A DNA stretch of 64,000 nt from a virus (IMGVR_UViG_2799112330_000002:160001-224000), one strand, 5' to 3'. Positions 49,955-58,887 are shown, numbered from the stretch's first letter. The notes: generated by a model not told the origin, from the sequence alone. Numbers and translations: made by a program.

Positions 49955-50425
49955 ATGAGAAAAATTATTTTTACAGTTTTAATTAGTTTGATTTGTGTAT
50001 GTGGATTTTCTCAAAATCATTATCCACAATTACCTTCTAGACCTCCTGTAACTCAAGTTCCTCAGATGCCAGATGTTGCAGAGAATTATGATATGAGTGA
50101 GATCAATATTGATCGTTTGGCTGAAAGACTTAAGCTCAATGACTACCAGACAGAATATCTTAAGATCGCTCATGAGACTATGGTAGATGACATTGCTAAA
50201 AGTGCAGAACAGAATGGATTCATTAAGACTCGTCATCTTGACAAAGCAATTGCTAACAATATCAAAACTATGAAGAAAGTATTGAATGATGAGCAATTTA
50301 AGCTTTATAGTGAATTACTTACTACAACAATCAGAAATAATTTTAATATGATGTTGTACAATACTTTCAAGGACATGCCAAGACGACGTCCAATTCCATT
50401 CCGCAGAATTATGCCTGCAAATTAA
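49955..50425 (+). CDS. secreted/periplasmic helical protein (Bacteroidales type, LTxxQ/Spy-like)
   Basis: Signal peptide ending ..GFS|Q; LAERLKLNDYQ and KVLNDEQFKLY motifs. Confidence 0.65.
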   Translation: MRKIIFTVLISLICVCGFSQNHYPQLPSRPPVTQVPQMPDVAENYDMSEINIDRLAERLKLNDYQTEYLKIAHETMVDDIAKSAEQNGFIKTRHLDKAIANNIKTMKKVLNDEQFKLYSELLTTTIRNNFNMMLYNTFKDMPRRRPIPFRRIMPAN

Positions 50426-50444
50426 ATATTTTATAATAAATATT

Positions 50445-50657
50445 ATGGGTAAATTATTTCATGACATTATTACAGAAGAGCCAGTTGATGGTGAGTACTA
50501 TTATCTTTTTACAAAGTTTGGAGCATTAATTGGTGAAGGAGAATGGGAAGCAGATAATCAAGACTTTTATAACAATCAGGATGACATTACTTTCTTGCCT
50601 GAGAATATTGATTATTTTATGAGTGTACCGAGTAAAGAACAACTTAAATCATTATAA
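50445..50657 (+). CDS. hypothetical protein
   Basis: 70-aa ORF in the operon. Confidence 0.6.
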   Translation: MGKLFHDIITEEPVDGEYYYLFTKFGALIGEGEWEADNQDFYNNQDDITFLPENIDYFMSVPSKEQLKSL

Positions 50658-50660
50658 AAT

Positions 50661-51290
50661 ATGAATAAAGAAACAACTTATTATGTTAATCATGCAGTAG
50701 ATGTCTCTGAGGACGCTACTTATTCACTTATTGACAAAGGACTTAACAATGCCGCTACATTGGTAATTAAAGAAGGCATTTCTACTATCTATTTTGAATC
50801 TGGTAAGCCTGAGCAAGTATTTTCCGAATTCAATGATGTAATTAATTTTGTTGAAGATGAAGGTTGGACATTTGTAAAACTTCTATCAGGAAACAAGAGA
50901 TGGAAAGAATATAATCCTAATCCCAAGGAACGAAATATTGGAGATTGTACTCTTCGTTCTTATTGCGCAGCATTTGACATTACTTGGGATCAGGCATTTG
51001 ATATTGCTTCACAGGTAGCCAAAGAGAATTCTACGCTTATCCAATATGTGGCAGACAAGGTTCTATTGGAATCATTCAATTGTGTAGTTGATGCGACATA
51101 TAACAAGAAGAGTGTAAAAGGCAAGGATAGGATTACAGTAAATGAATTTGCTATGACTCATCCTTATGGTACATATATTCTTCATATGCGTTCTCATCAG
51201 GTTACAGTAATTGATGGTTTGTATTGGGATAGCTGGGATTGTGGAGACAAGAAAATTGATACAGTTTATTTGCCTCCAAAGAAGAAGTAA
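50661..51290 (+). CDS. phage protein with papain-like Cys-His-Asp signature
   Basis: NPNPKERNIGDCTLR...GTYILHMRSHQVTVIDG.YWDSWD. Confidence 0.6.
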   Translation: MNKETTYYVNHAVDVSEDATYSLIDKGLNNAATLVIKEGISTIYFESGKPEQVFSEFNDVINFVEDEGWTFVKLLSGNKRWKEYNPNPKERNIGDCTLRSYCAAFDITWDQAFDIASQVAKENSTLIQYVADKVLLESFNCVVDATYNKKSVKGKDRITVNEFAMTHPYGTYILHMRSHQVTVIDGLYWDSWDCGDKKIDTVYLPPKKK

Positions 51291-51293
51291 TAC

Positions 51294-51545
51294 ATGAATA
51301 ATAGATATGAATCTATGGGAGAGCATATACGAAACAAGCTCTCCCATTATGAAATGCTATTGACATTAATAAAAGATCTTAAGAAATCTGAACATAATAT
51401 AGAACAGTTCAATAAGACAAAGAACTTGTTGTATAATGCTGTATCAATTGAACCTCTTGAAGAACTTGTTAGAATATCTAAAATGAATGAAATAGAATCA
51501 ATTAAATGGATTAGAAAACAATATGATAGGAAAACCAAAGTTTAA
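51294..51545 (+). CDS. hypothetical protein
   Basis: 83-aa ORF in the operon. Confidence 0.55.
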   Translation: MNNRYESMGEHIRNKLSHYEMLLTLIKDLKKSEHNIEQFNKTKNLLYNAVSIEPLEELVRISKMNEIESIKWIRKQYDRKTKV

Positions 51546-52083
51546 TTACGGAGATATTGTTGCATTTCAACTTAAAGATGGGAAATATAAGGGAGAAATC
51601 CATATCATAGATAAATACGGTACATTTGATAATTCTAATGAGCCATCTTATGATATTTTAGTTAAAGATGCTTATAAAGAAGGCGATAGTTATTATAAAC
51701 CAAATGGGAATAATGACTGTTTGTTTAAACATATTTCGGAACATATGATTATAACTAAAAAGATTTATATTAGTCTTCCAATTAAGATTGATGAGAAGAC
51801 AGTTGCAAAACGATTTAAAGAAGCAAAAGAATATATTTCTAAGCTACCTTCATTAAAAGATTATGTTGTTGTTGGACCAATTAATATCAATGACTTTGAT
51901 GATACTGGACTTACAGCTAAAAGAGATCATGACTATGCTTGGTATATGGGAGAAGACATCAAGGAACTGTTGAGAGCTGATGCTATCTTTATGGGAGCTG
52001 GTTGGGAGAAATCTGAAGGATGCCGTTGTGAGTTGGCTACTGCGAAGATCTATAATAAACAAATAATCTATCAACACCGTTAA
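51523..52083 (+). CDS. SH3/KOW-like domain fused to DUF4406 (nucleoside deoxyribosyltransferase-like)
   Basis: PKFNYGDIVAF N-domain; KIYISLPI...DIKELLRADAIFMGAGWEKSEGCRCELATA. Confidence 0.75.
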   Translation: MIGKPKFNYGDIVAFQLKDGKYKGEIHIIDKYGTFDNSNEPSYDILVKDAYKEGDSYYKPNGNNDCLFKHISEHMIITKKIYISLPIKIDEKTVAKRFKEAKEYISKLPSLKDYVVVGPININDFDDTGLTAKRDHDYAWYMGEDIKELLRADAIFMGAGWEKSEGCRCELATAKIYNKQIIYQHR

Positions 52084-52087
52084 TATT

Positions 52088-52453
52088 ATGATTTATTCTA
52101 TTGATGACTTATGTTCTGTATCTTATGATAATGAACAAATTGAAGATGTATCAAAAAATTTATTGAATTCATTGGTTGTTGGTATGTTTCGTTATGCTAA
52201 GATAGACAATCTTGCTGATAATGAAATAATTGAACTTATTAGGAAAGATAATGAATGGTTCAACAAATATTATTGGACAACTGCTCAAAGAGTTAGATTC
52301 ATCAAAAAACTAAACCAAGTGTTTTCAAACTTATATAATTTCGGCCCAAATAAATGTCAGAACTCATCAATTGAATGGATAATGAAATACGGGTTGAAAA
52401 ACAAAGAATTTAAAAAGCCAATCAATAGAAAACAAAAAACTTCTAAGAAATAG
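52088..52453 (+). CDS. hypothetical protein
   Basis: 121-aa ORF. Confidence 0.6.
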   Translation: MIYSIDDLCSVSYDNEQIEDVSKNLLNSLVVGMFRYAKIDNLADNEIIELIRKDNEWFNKYYWTTAQRVRFIKKLNQVFSNLYNFGPNKCQNSSIEWIMKYGLKNKEFKKPINRKQKTSKK

Positions 52454-52516
52454 ATTGAATTGATTTGGTGTTGTTGTCTATTTTATATATAACCACAAAA
52501 ATATCTTAGTTTAATT

Positions 52517-53143
52517 GTGGAAATATTTATCGGAATAGACCAATCAATAAATTCAACAGGAATCACTATACAAAAATTTGAGAATAATCAACTTGTTAAA
52601 GAAAATTTCTATATAATTACAGGGAAAGTTTCAAAGAAAGCATTAAGTATTTCTCAATCATTAAATAATTTTGATTATATTTTATACAATAAGCTTGAAA
52701 AATCAGATTCAAAAAACAATAATGAATTTGAATTTTTCAAGCTTATGAACATTGTATCTATAACTGATATAATCTTAGACCTTATTGATCATTCTTGTGA
52801 AAGCAGTTTAGACAAAATCTATATAGCAATGGAGGGAATTTCTTATTCTTCTTCCCAAACAAAATCATTAATTGATTTGTCTGGGCTTTCATATGTATTA
52901 AGATATAGAATAAACAATTTCTTCAAATCACATCAAGATCAATGTGGAGGATTGTATATATTTACTCCTGGTGAAATAAAGAAATTTGCTACTGGAAATG
53001 GAAATGCAAATAAAGATATGATGGTAAACTTGTTTAAGAACCTTAAGAATGATTTAAAAGTGTTACCAAAAATTGATGATATAGCGGATTCTTTTTGGAT
53101 TTGTGCTTATATACAGAATATTCACACAGATATACTTCTGTGA
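52517..53143 (+). CDS. ruvC: RuvC-like Holliday junction resolvase
   Basis: IGIDQSINSTG, IAMEG, PGEIKKFATGNGNANKDMM, DDIADS. Confidence 0.85.
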   Translation: MEIFIGIDQSINSTGITIQKFENNQLVKENFYIITGKVSKKALSISQSLNNFDYILYNKLEKSDSKNNNEFEFFKLMNIVSITDIILDLIDHSCESSLDKIYIAMEGISYSSSQTKSLIDLSGLSYVLRYRINNFFKSHQDQCGGLYIFTPGEIKKFATGNGNANKDMMVNLFKNLKNDLKVLPKIDDIADSFWICAYIQNIHTDILL

Positions 53144-53216
53144 CACCCTACTCATCTCAAATTAAAAATCAATTAAATTATATATACACAAGAAAATATA
53201 TTAGTAGAGATCATTT

Positions 53217-54206
53217 ATGATGAAAAAAATTATAATAATGGTAATGTCATGCAACAAAGATGTCTTTATAGATGAAGAACAGGCAGTTAGAGAAACATGG
53301 CTAAAAGATGTTATAGATGGCAAATATGAAAACATTGACTATATGATCTACAGAGGTGATGAAGACTTGTTGAATCATAAATATGAAAAAGACAAGCATT
53401 TATTGTCATTACGTTGTGAAGATGACTATGATCATACATTCAAGAAATCTTATTATGCTTTCTATTTATTGAAGAAGATCTTTGGTGAATATGACTATGT
53501 ATTCAAGACAAATACTTCAACATATGTAAATGTACCATTACTTAATCAGTTCATTCAAGAATTAGACAATGATGATGACTATTATTCTTCAGATGTCTAT
53601 TCATTAAGTAATATTGCCGCACCAGCTCCATTAGATCTATATGGGAGAGGAAATGGACTTATCTTAAGTAAGAAGCATATTGATACTATAATAACAGAAG
53701 GGATTAGTTTCTTATATATAACAAATGGACCGGATGATGCTTACATTTCAAACATATTGAATAGCTATTGGATAAAGAAAAAAGAAAATTATATAGATCA
53801 TATCAAGTCATTTGCTCATGGATGGTATAGATGCATTCCAACAAATCATGACTTCAAACATCAGTTATGTACATTTGGAAATACTAATATTGATTGGGAA
53901 TTCTTAAGGAAATTCATAACAGTTCAAATAAAGATATATCATCAAGACAGATCAAATGAGAAAGAAAAGCATTATGAACTTCATAAGATATTCCAAGAGA
54001 ATAGATATGACAAAGAAGAACTTAATAGACAAACAGAATTCAATAAAGAATATTCTAAAAACTATTCAGTATTCATTGGTTCCATTCTTGGATATATTGA
54101 CTTTGATAATTGGAAAACTATTGATAAACTGAATCTTTATATATTAGAACAAAATAATAAAGCTACCGATGATGTAGCGTATGGAATAAAGAACAAATGG
54201 CTATAA
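53217..54206 (+). CDS. putative GT-A glycosyltransferase (GT31-like), paralogue of 5342..6232
   Basis: IMVMSC..VRETW, TFKK, YDYVFKTNTSTYVN, RGNGLIL, PDD. Confidence 0.65.
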   Translation: MMKKIIIMVMSCNKDVFIDEEQAVRETWLKDVIDGKYENIDYMIYRGDEDLLNHKYEKDKHLLSLRCEDDYDHTFKKSYYAFYLLKKIFGEYDYVFKTNTSTYVNVPLLNQFIQELDNDDDYYSSDVYSLSNIAAPAPLDLYGRGNGLILSKKHIDTIITEGISFLYITNGPDDAYISNILNSYWIKKKENYIDHIKSFAHGWYRCIPTNHDFKHQLCTFGNTNIDWEFLRKFITVQIKIYHQDRSNEKEKHYELHKIFQENRYDKEELNRQTEFNKEYSKNYSVFIGSILGYIDFDNWKTIDKLNLYILEQNNKATDDVAYGIKNKWL

Positions 54207-54211
54207 CAAAC

Positions 54212-54244
54212 AAAGAGCAGAATATTCGAATATTCTGCTCTTTT
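54212..54244. terminator. bidirectional terminator (perfect 32-bp palindrome)
   Basis: AAAGAGCAGAATATTCGAATATTCTGCTCTTT. Confidence 0.85.
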
Positions 54245-54262
54245 ATATATGTATTAATGGAA

Positions 54263-55549
54263 TTAATTTTCTAATAATGCAAGATCTCTAGCTGCTTTAT
54301 TAAGTACTGCAATAATAGCTGGATTGTTCTTATTAGCTTCTGCCAACATTGCAATCTTCTTCTTTCTTGCTATCATTTGTTCTTCTTTAGCCTTTGCAAG
54401 TTCTTCTTGGATTACTTCATATTCATCTGGATTTTGTTTCTTTACATCTTCATTGATTCTGTCTTCATAAAGATATTTGAGATCAATACCAGAAACTTTT
54501 GTAACTTCCTTAAGAGCTTCAATCATATAGTCAAAGTCCTTAGAATAGATTCCTGAATGAACTGAATTGTTTACAGCCATTGTGACATTATCTTTAGCTT
54601 CAATGATTGTACAAACAATACCAGTAGAAGTCTTCAATACATTTGCACAATCCATTACAAATACATGATCCATAGCTTCAAATACTTGTGAAATAGCATT
54701 TGTAACATTCATAAATGTAAGCTTCTCATTCATCATCATTGTTCTAGAAATAGTATTGCAATACTCATTAAATTTTTCAGGGCTATCAAATGTTTCATTG
54801 ATCTTAGAACCCTTAGTAAATTCCAATGTAGTATTTTCATCAGACTCTTTGATTATAACCTTACATGTATCAAATCCACTCTTCCATTCATAAGAAAGAA
54901 CACCATCATTATTTGTGAATGATTCAAGAAGAGTATTGATCTGATTGAATTTAACATTATCACAAACAGCTTCAGTTACTGTTGATTGATCTTTCTTTAC
55001 CTTATATGTCTTATTGAAAATCTTGAAATATTTGTCACCATCTTCATTCTCATATACAAATGAAATAGGATTGGAAACCATGTAGTTAGGAGCAATCGTT
55101 TCATTTATAGAAGAATTGAAGACTTGCTTGCAAATCATTCTAAATTCTGGTATATATTGGATTCCCTTAAGAGCACCTGACTTAATGTAAGATACAACTT
55201 GTGATTCATCCATTTCTAATAGCTTACCAACTTGTTCTACACCTGTCTTAGCGATATAGTTATAAGTTGATTTGTTGTTTTCAATAGATTCACAAGCGCT
55301 AGCCAATTGCCAAGAGATCTTATTCTCATTGATAAAACTTAATACAGACTCTAAAATACTAGCTAAACCTGTATCAAAACTATATTTTTGGGCTTCCTTA
55401 ACGAAACCATTAATAAGACTACAAGATGTTGGATTAGTAAATAAATATGCCTTGTAGTTAGTAATCAATTCTTTACCTGCTTCTGTAACAGCATCACATC
55501 CAGTAATCTTGCCAGCAAAATCCAGGTCTTTAAGTAATTTTATGTTCAT
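54263..55549 (-). CDS. putative prohead core/scaffold-like protein
   Basis: Late motif upstream; many (I/L/V)xE sites (ILE, INE x4, VTE, IKE, LLE); coiled-coil C-terminus. Confidence 0.45.
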   Translation of the reverse strand: MNIKLLKDLDFAGKITGCDAVTEAGKELITNYKAYLFTNPTSCSLINGFVKEAQKYSFDTGLASILESVLSFINENKISWQLASACESIENNKSTYNYIAKTGVEQVGKLLEMDESQVVSYIKSGALKGIQYIPEFRMICKQVFNSSINETIAPNYMVSNPISFVYENEDGDKYFKIFNKTYKVKKDQSTVTEAVCDNVKFNQINTLLESFTNNDGVLSYEWKSGFDTCKVIIKESDENTTLEFTKGSKINETFDSPEKFNEYCNTISRTMMMNEKLTFMNVTNAISQVFEAMDHVFVMDCANVLKTSTGIVCTIIEAKDNVTMAVNNSVHSGIYSKDFDYMIEALKEVTKVSGIDLKYLYEDRINEDVKKQNPDEYEVIQEELAKAKEEQMIARKKKIAMLAEANKNNPAIIAVLNKAARDLALLEN

Positions 55550-55625
55550 ATTCTGTTTTTATTTGGTATATTTTGAGTTTTAATTAATAGCTGTTATACT
55601 ATTATATAATTAAAAATAAATAATT

Positions 55626-56273
55626 TTATAAAATATTGTTTAATTCTTCTTTATTAAATAAAACATTAATTGTCTTATAGAATAATTCTGTTAAATGTTC
55701 TTTGTTATCATAATCATATTTGTCATTAAACCATTGATCATAATCAGAATCTTCTAATAATTTATCAATAACATTTAATCTATTACTGTTATCAACATGC
55801 TTTATCATACCTAACCCATATTCATTAAAGAATAATAAATAAATATTTTCTTTATTAATATATTCAGGTAGTTTGACTAAAGATTTCCAAACATCTCCAC
55901 ACCATTCTCCAGTATTTGTCTTTGTAGCAATTCTTTTGTTTTTAGGAAAACAATCATGAAATACTATTACACCACCTTTATTTAAATGTTTTAATGAATT
56001 GACAATATCCTTATCAACCTGATCTTCATGATGTAAGCCATCTATAAATATAATATCATACATTTTGTCTGCAGGCATTTGAGCAAACATCTCATCAGAT
56101 GTCATATGATATGTCAAATTGTTTATGCGCTTATTAGGATCACAACATTCTTTATTTTGTATATTAATAGCATTAAATGTAGCCCCAGTATCTGTTCCTA
56201 TTTCAAGATATGATTGATAGTTCTTTAGTTTAATGATATAGTTTATTGTGTCCCTTTGATGAATTTTTCCCAT
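55626..56273 (-). CDS. class I SAM-dependent methyltransferase (Methyltransf_24-like)
   Basis: YLEIGTDTG, YDIIFIDGLHH, LNKGGVIVFHDC, WCGDVWK. Confidence 0.85.
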   Translation of the reverse strand: MGKIHQRDTINYIIKLKNYQSYLEIGTDTGATFNAINIQNKECCDPNKRINNLTYHMTSDEMFAQMPADKMYDIIFIDGLHHEDQVDKDIVNSLKHLNKGGVIVFHDCFPKNKRIATKTNTGEWCGDVWKSLVKLPEYINKENIYLLFFNEYGLGMIKHVDNSNRLNVIDKLLEDSDYDQWFNDKYDYDNKEHLTELFYKTINVLFNKEELNNIL

Positions 56274-56305
56274 GTTATAATATTATTTTGTATTTATTTT
56301 TGTAT

Positions 56306-57529
56306 TTAATCCCATCCTCCTGAATAAAAAGTAGATGCTACTGTTATATCAGTGAAAGTTTCATGGAATATTTCTTCATCATCCTTTTTACATATAACTT
56401 CAAAATCATGATTATAATAAGTAGAGAATGATGATGCATGAACAGAACTTGTCTTACTTCCATCTTTTGATGAACCTTTATCGGTTATGATGAATTTCAA
56501 ATGATCTGCATCATCAAGGAAACCTTCTAATGTTTCATCTGATACGTCACCTTTAATGTTAGCCTTTTGTTCAACATCTGCATAGTATGAATCATCATTA
56601 TCATTCATATACATTGAATGCCAAACTTCAAACCCATAAAGCTGATTAATTACTTTAAGTATTAAACCAACAATTGCAGTTCCTTCACAGCTGCTATCAT
56701 TTGATCCTTGATAATATCTTCTGTTATGATTTGCTTTATATTCATCTTTCAATATATCAAGTAATGATCCCTTCTTTCCATTATATTCACAATATTCAAT
56801 AATTGACTTAATATGGTTTTCAACACCTATAGCAAATGTTGGGCGAGCTTTCATAATAGAATTCTTTACTCCCTTTATAGCTTTCTTTGCATCTTCTATA
56901 TTTACTGGATCTGCCAAGAATGCTCTTAGTTCCTCACGTTCACTATATGTAAGATTATTCCCAGGTTTTAGATAAGAAACTAATCTTGCTGGTTCATTCA
57001 ACATTGCTGTAATTACAGAATCATCTTTTGGATAATAAGGGTTCCAGCATCTAGTGGGATCAATCTGTTTAGCAAGAAACTTGATGTCATGCCATTTTGC
57101 CTGATTGATTTTATTTGAATATTCTTCCCACCATTTAATTAAGTCATCTTTAGTAAACTTACCATCTTCTAATTGCTGAAGAATAAATTCTCCATACGCT
57201 TCATTATCAATCACAGTTTCTTTTTCACCTTTTCTATAAGACCATTTAACTAGTTCTTTTGGAGTATAACCTGCGTTATCAATAAGAATTTGCATTGGAT
57301 ATTTAGCTAACTTTTCTGCAGGACCTTTACCGGGTCTTTCATTCAAAGGTTTGTTTTTTGCTAATTTATTCTTTCTTGATTTATCAGCTTTATCATAATC
57401 AGCAAATATTTTCTCTAATTCACGTTTAAAATATCTTGTTGATTCTGTTCCCCAAGCTTCATTAACAACCGAAACTTGTCCTAAAGATATATTAATAGAT
57501 TCATTAATTTGATCTTTTAATTTTTTCAT
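56306..57529 (-). CDS. putative internal virion protein with capsid-targeting-like tag
   Basis: Starts MKKLKDQINE; second site VVNE|AWG. Confidence 0.55.
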   Translation of the reverse strand: MKKLKDQINESINISLGQVSVVNEAWGTESTRYFKRELEKIFADYDKADKSRKNKLAKNKPLNERPGKGPAEKLAKYPMQILIDNAGYTPKELVKWSYRKGEKETVIDNEAYGEFILQQLEDGKFTKDDLIKWWEEYSNKINQAKWHDIKFLAKQIDPTRCWNPYYPKDDSVITAMLNEPARLVSYLKPGNNLTYSEREELRAFLADPVNIEDAKKAIKGVKNSIMKARPTFAIGVENHIKSIIEYCEYNGKKGSLLDILKDEYKANHNRRYYQGSNDSSCEGTAIVGLILKVINQLYGFEVWHSMYMNDNDDSYYADVEQKANIKGDVSDETLEGFLDDADHLKFIITDKGSSKDGSKTSSVHASSFSTYYNHDFEVICKKDDEEIFHETFTDITVASTFYSGGWD

Positions 57530-57551
57530 ATTTATATTTTATTATTATTTT

Positions 57552-58250
57552 TTACATTTTCCAACCCATTTTAGCTCCAATAGCAGCCATGACAAGACGG
57601 GATGTTATAAGATTGCCAAATGTTCCTTTAGGATCTACACCAAGAGCATTACATATAGCATTTCCAAGCTTAGGTCCAAAGGCTGTTCCAAGAATAGCAC
57701 CACCAATAGCTCCTAATATGCCTTCATCAATAGGAATATTGTTTTCTTTAGCTTCTTGTAGTTTTTGAATAAGTGAATCATAATTAAGATCTTCTGTTAT
57801 CTCTGGAGATTCCTTTTCCATATTCAATAACATATAGTTTTCATATAACTTCTTGTAGTTCATACCATATCTTCTTATTTTCTCCTTGTCATCATCATTG
57901 ATATTTTCAAAAGAATATAATGGAAGATCATTAGCTAAAAACATCATATTATTATATAATGAAGGATTATCAAAAATGTCATTTATGTCATTCAGTTCTT
58001 CACAATATTTTGCAAATTGTATCAGACTTTCATTATGTTCTTCAGTCAATATGATCTTCTTTCCATTGACGTCAAATTCATATACAATAACAGAAGGATC
58101 ATGCTTACTATTTTCTTCTTTCACATAATCTTTTAATAGTCCTTCATATAATATCTTATCATTGACAGATATTCTACAATTGCATTCTAACAATTTTTCA
58201 TATATATTAGAATTCTTTTCTTTCAATTCTTTTATATTATTCATTTTCAA
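57552..58250 (-). CDS. putative virion protein with C-terminal glycine-zipper hydrophobic segment
   Basis: ...PIDE|GILGAIGGAILGTAFGPKLG...RLVMAAIGAKMGWKM. Confidence 0.6.
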   Translation of the reverse strand: MKMNNIKELKEKNSNIYEKLLECNCRISVNDKILYEGLLKDYVKEENSKHDPSVIVYEFDVNGKKIILTEEHNESLIQFAKYCEELNDINDIFDNPSLYNNMMFLANDLPLYSFENINDDDKEKIRRYGMNYKKLYENYMLLNMEKESPEITEDLNYDSLIQKLQEAKENNIPIDEGILGAIGGAILGTAFGPKLGNAICNALGVDPKGTFGNLITSRLVMAAIGAKMGWKM

Positions 58251-58662
58251 TCTGTGCTTTGATATTTTTATATGTATCTATTGAAGTAATAGGATAGAAT
58301 TGTCTGTCAAAGAAAATACCGATAACTGACAATGGTAATATTCCTTCATCATTTGCAAAATTATAGTTAGCAATTGTACCTTGTACACCTGTTTCACTAT
58401 CTAATAATACATTAAAGAATTTTTGTCTTACCCATGTCAGGTTTCTTACTTTTTCTTTGTTTTGAATGTCTAATTCTATTCCTGAAGATGCAACTAAGAA
58501 CATTGGTTCTCTTGACCAACTAAACTTGTTAGAATCCCAATTTTCTGTTCTCTTCAATATAGCATCAACAATATCACCATCATTCTTAAGTTCTTTCAAT
58601 ATCTTCTTTCCTAATGATGATAGATCCTGTGATTCAGTAATAAAAGTGTCTAATGATTTCAT
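58237..58662 (-). CDS. putative internal virion protein with capsid-targeting-like tag
   Basis: Starts MKSLDTFITE. Confidence 0.6.
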   Translation of the reverse strand: MKSLDTFITESQDLSSLGKKILKELKNDGDIVDAILKRTENWDSNKFSWSREPMFLVASSGIELDIQNKEKVRNLTWVRQKFFNVLLDSETGVQGTIANYNFANDEGILPLSVIGIFFDRQFYPITSIDTYKNIKAQIENE

Positions 58663-58713
58663 ATATCTATATCTATAAATTGTAAATCAATATTTAATAA
58701 AAATAACAATTTA

Positions 58714-58884
58714 TTAAAAACTATGTTTTTTTGTCTTTTTCTTTTTTTGTTTTGTTTTTATTGTACCAACAGGTATGTCTCCTGAGCCAACAGCTTCTCC
58801 ATTTGGCGCTGCAACATCTCCCATTCCTGGAGTATTAGCAGGTGTAGCAAATTGGCATTCTATATAATAACGTAATGATTTCAT
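58714..58884 (-). CDS. 56-aa putative internal head peptide with a basic tail (not in the ORF track)
   Basis: MKSLRYYIECQFATPANTPGMGDVAAPNGEAVGSGDIPVGTIKTKQKKKKTKKHSF; ATG 3 nt after the gp6-like stop. Confidence 0.7.
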   Translation of the reverse strand: MKSLRYYIECQFATPANTPGMGDVAAPNGEAVGSGDIPVGTIKTKQKKKKTKKHSF

Positions 58885-58887
58885 ATA

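Noticed and set aside
12438-52453. TAG-to-Gln recoding (code 15)
   Set aside because: Long genes have no in-frame TAG, and read-through of the TAG stops would run into terminators or convergent genes.
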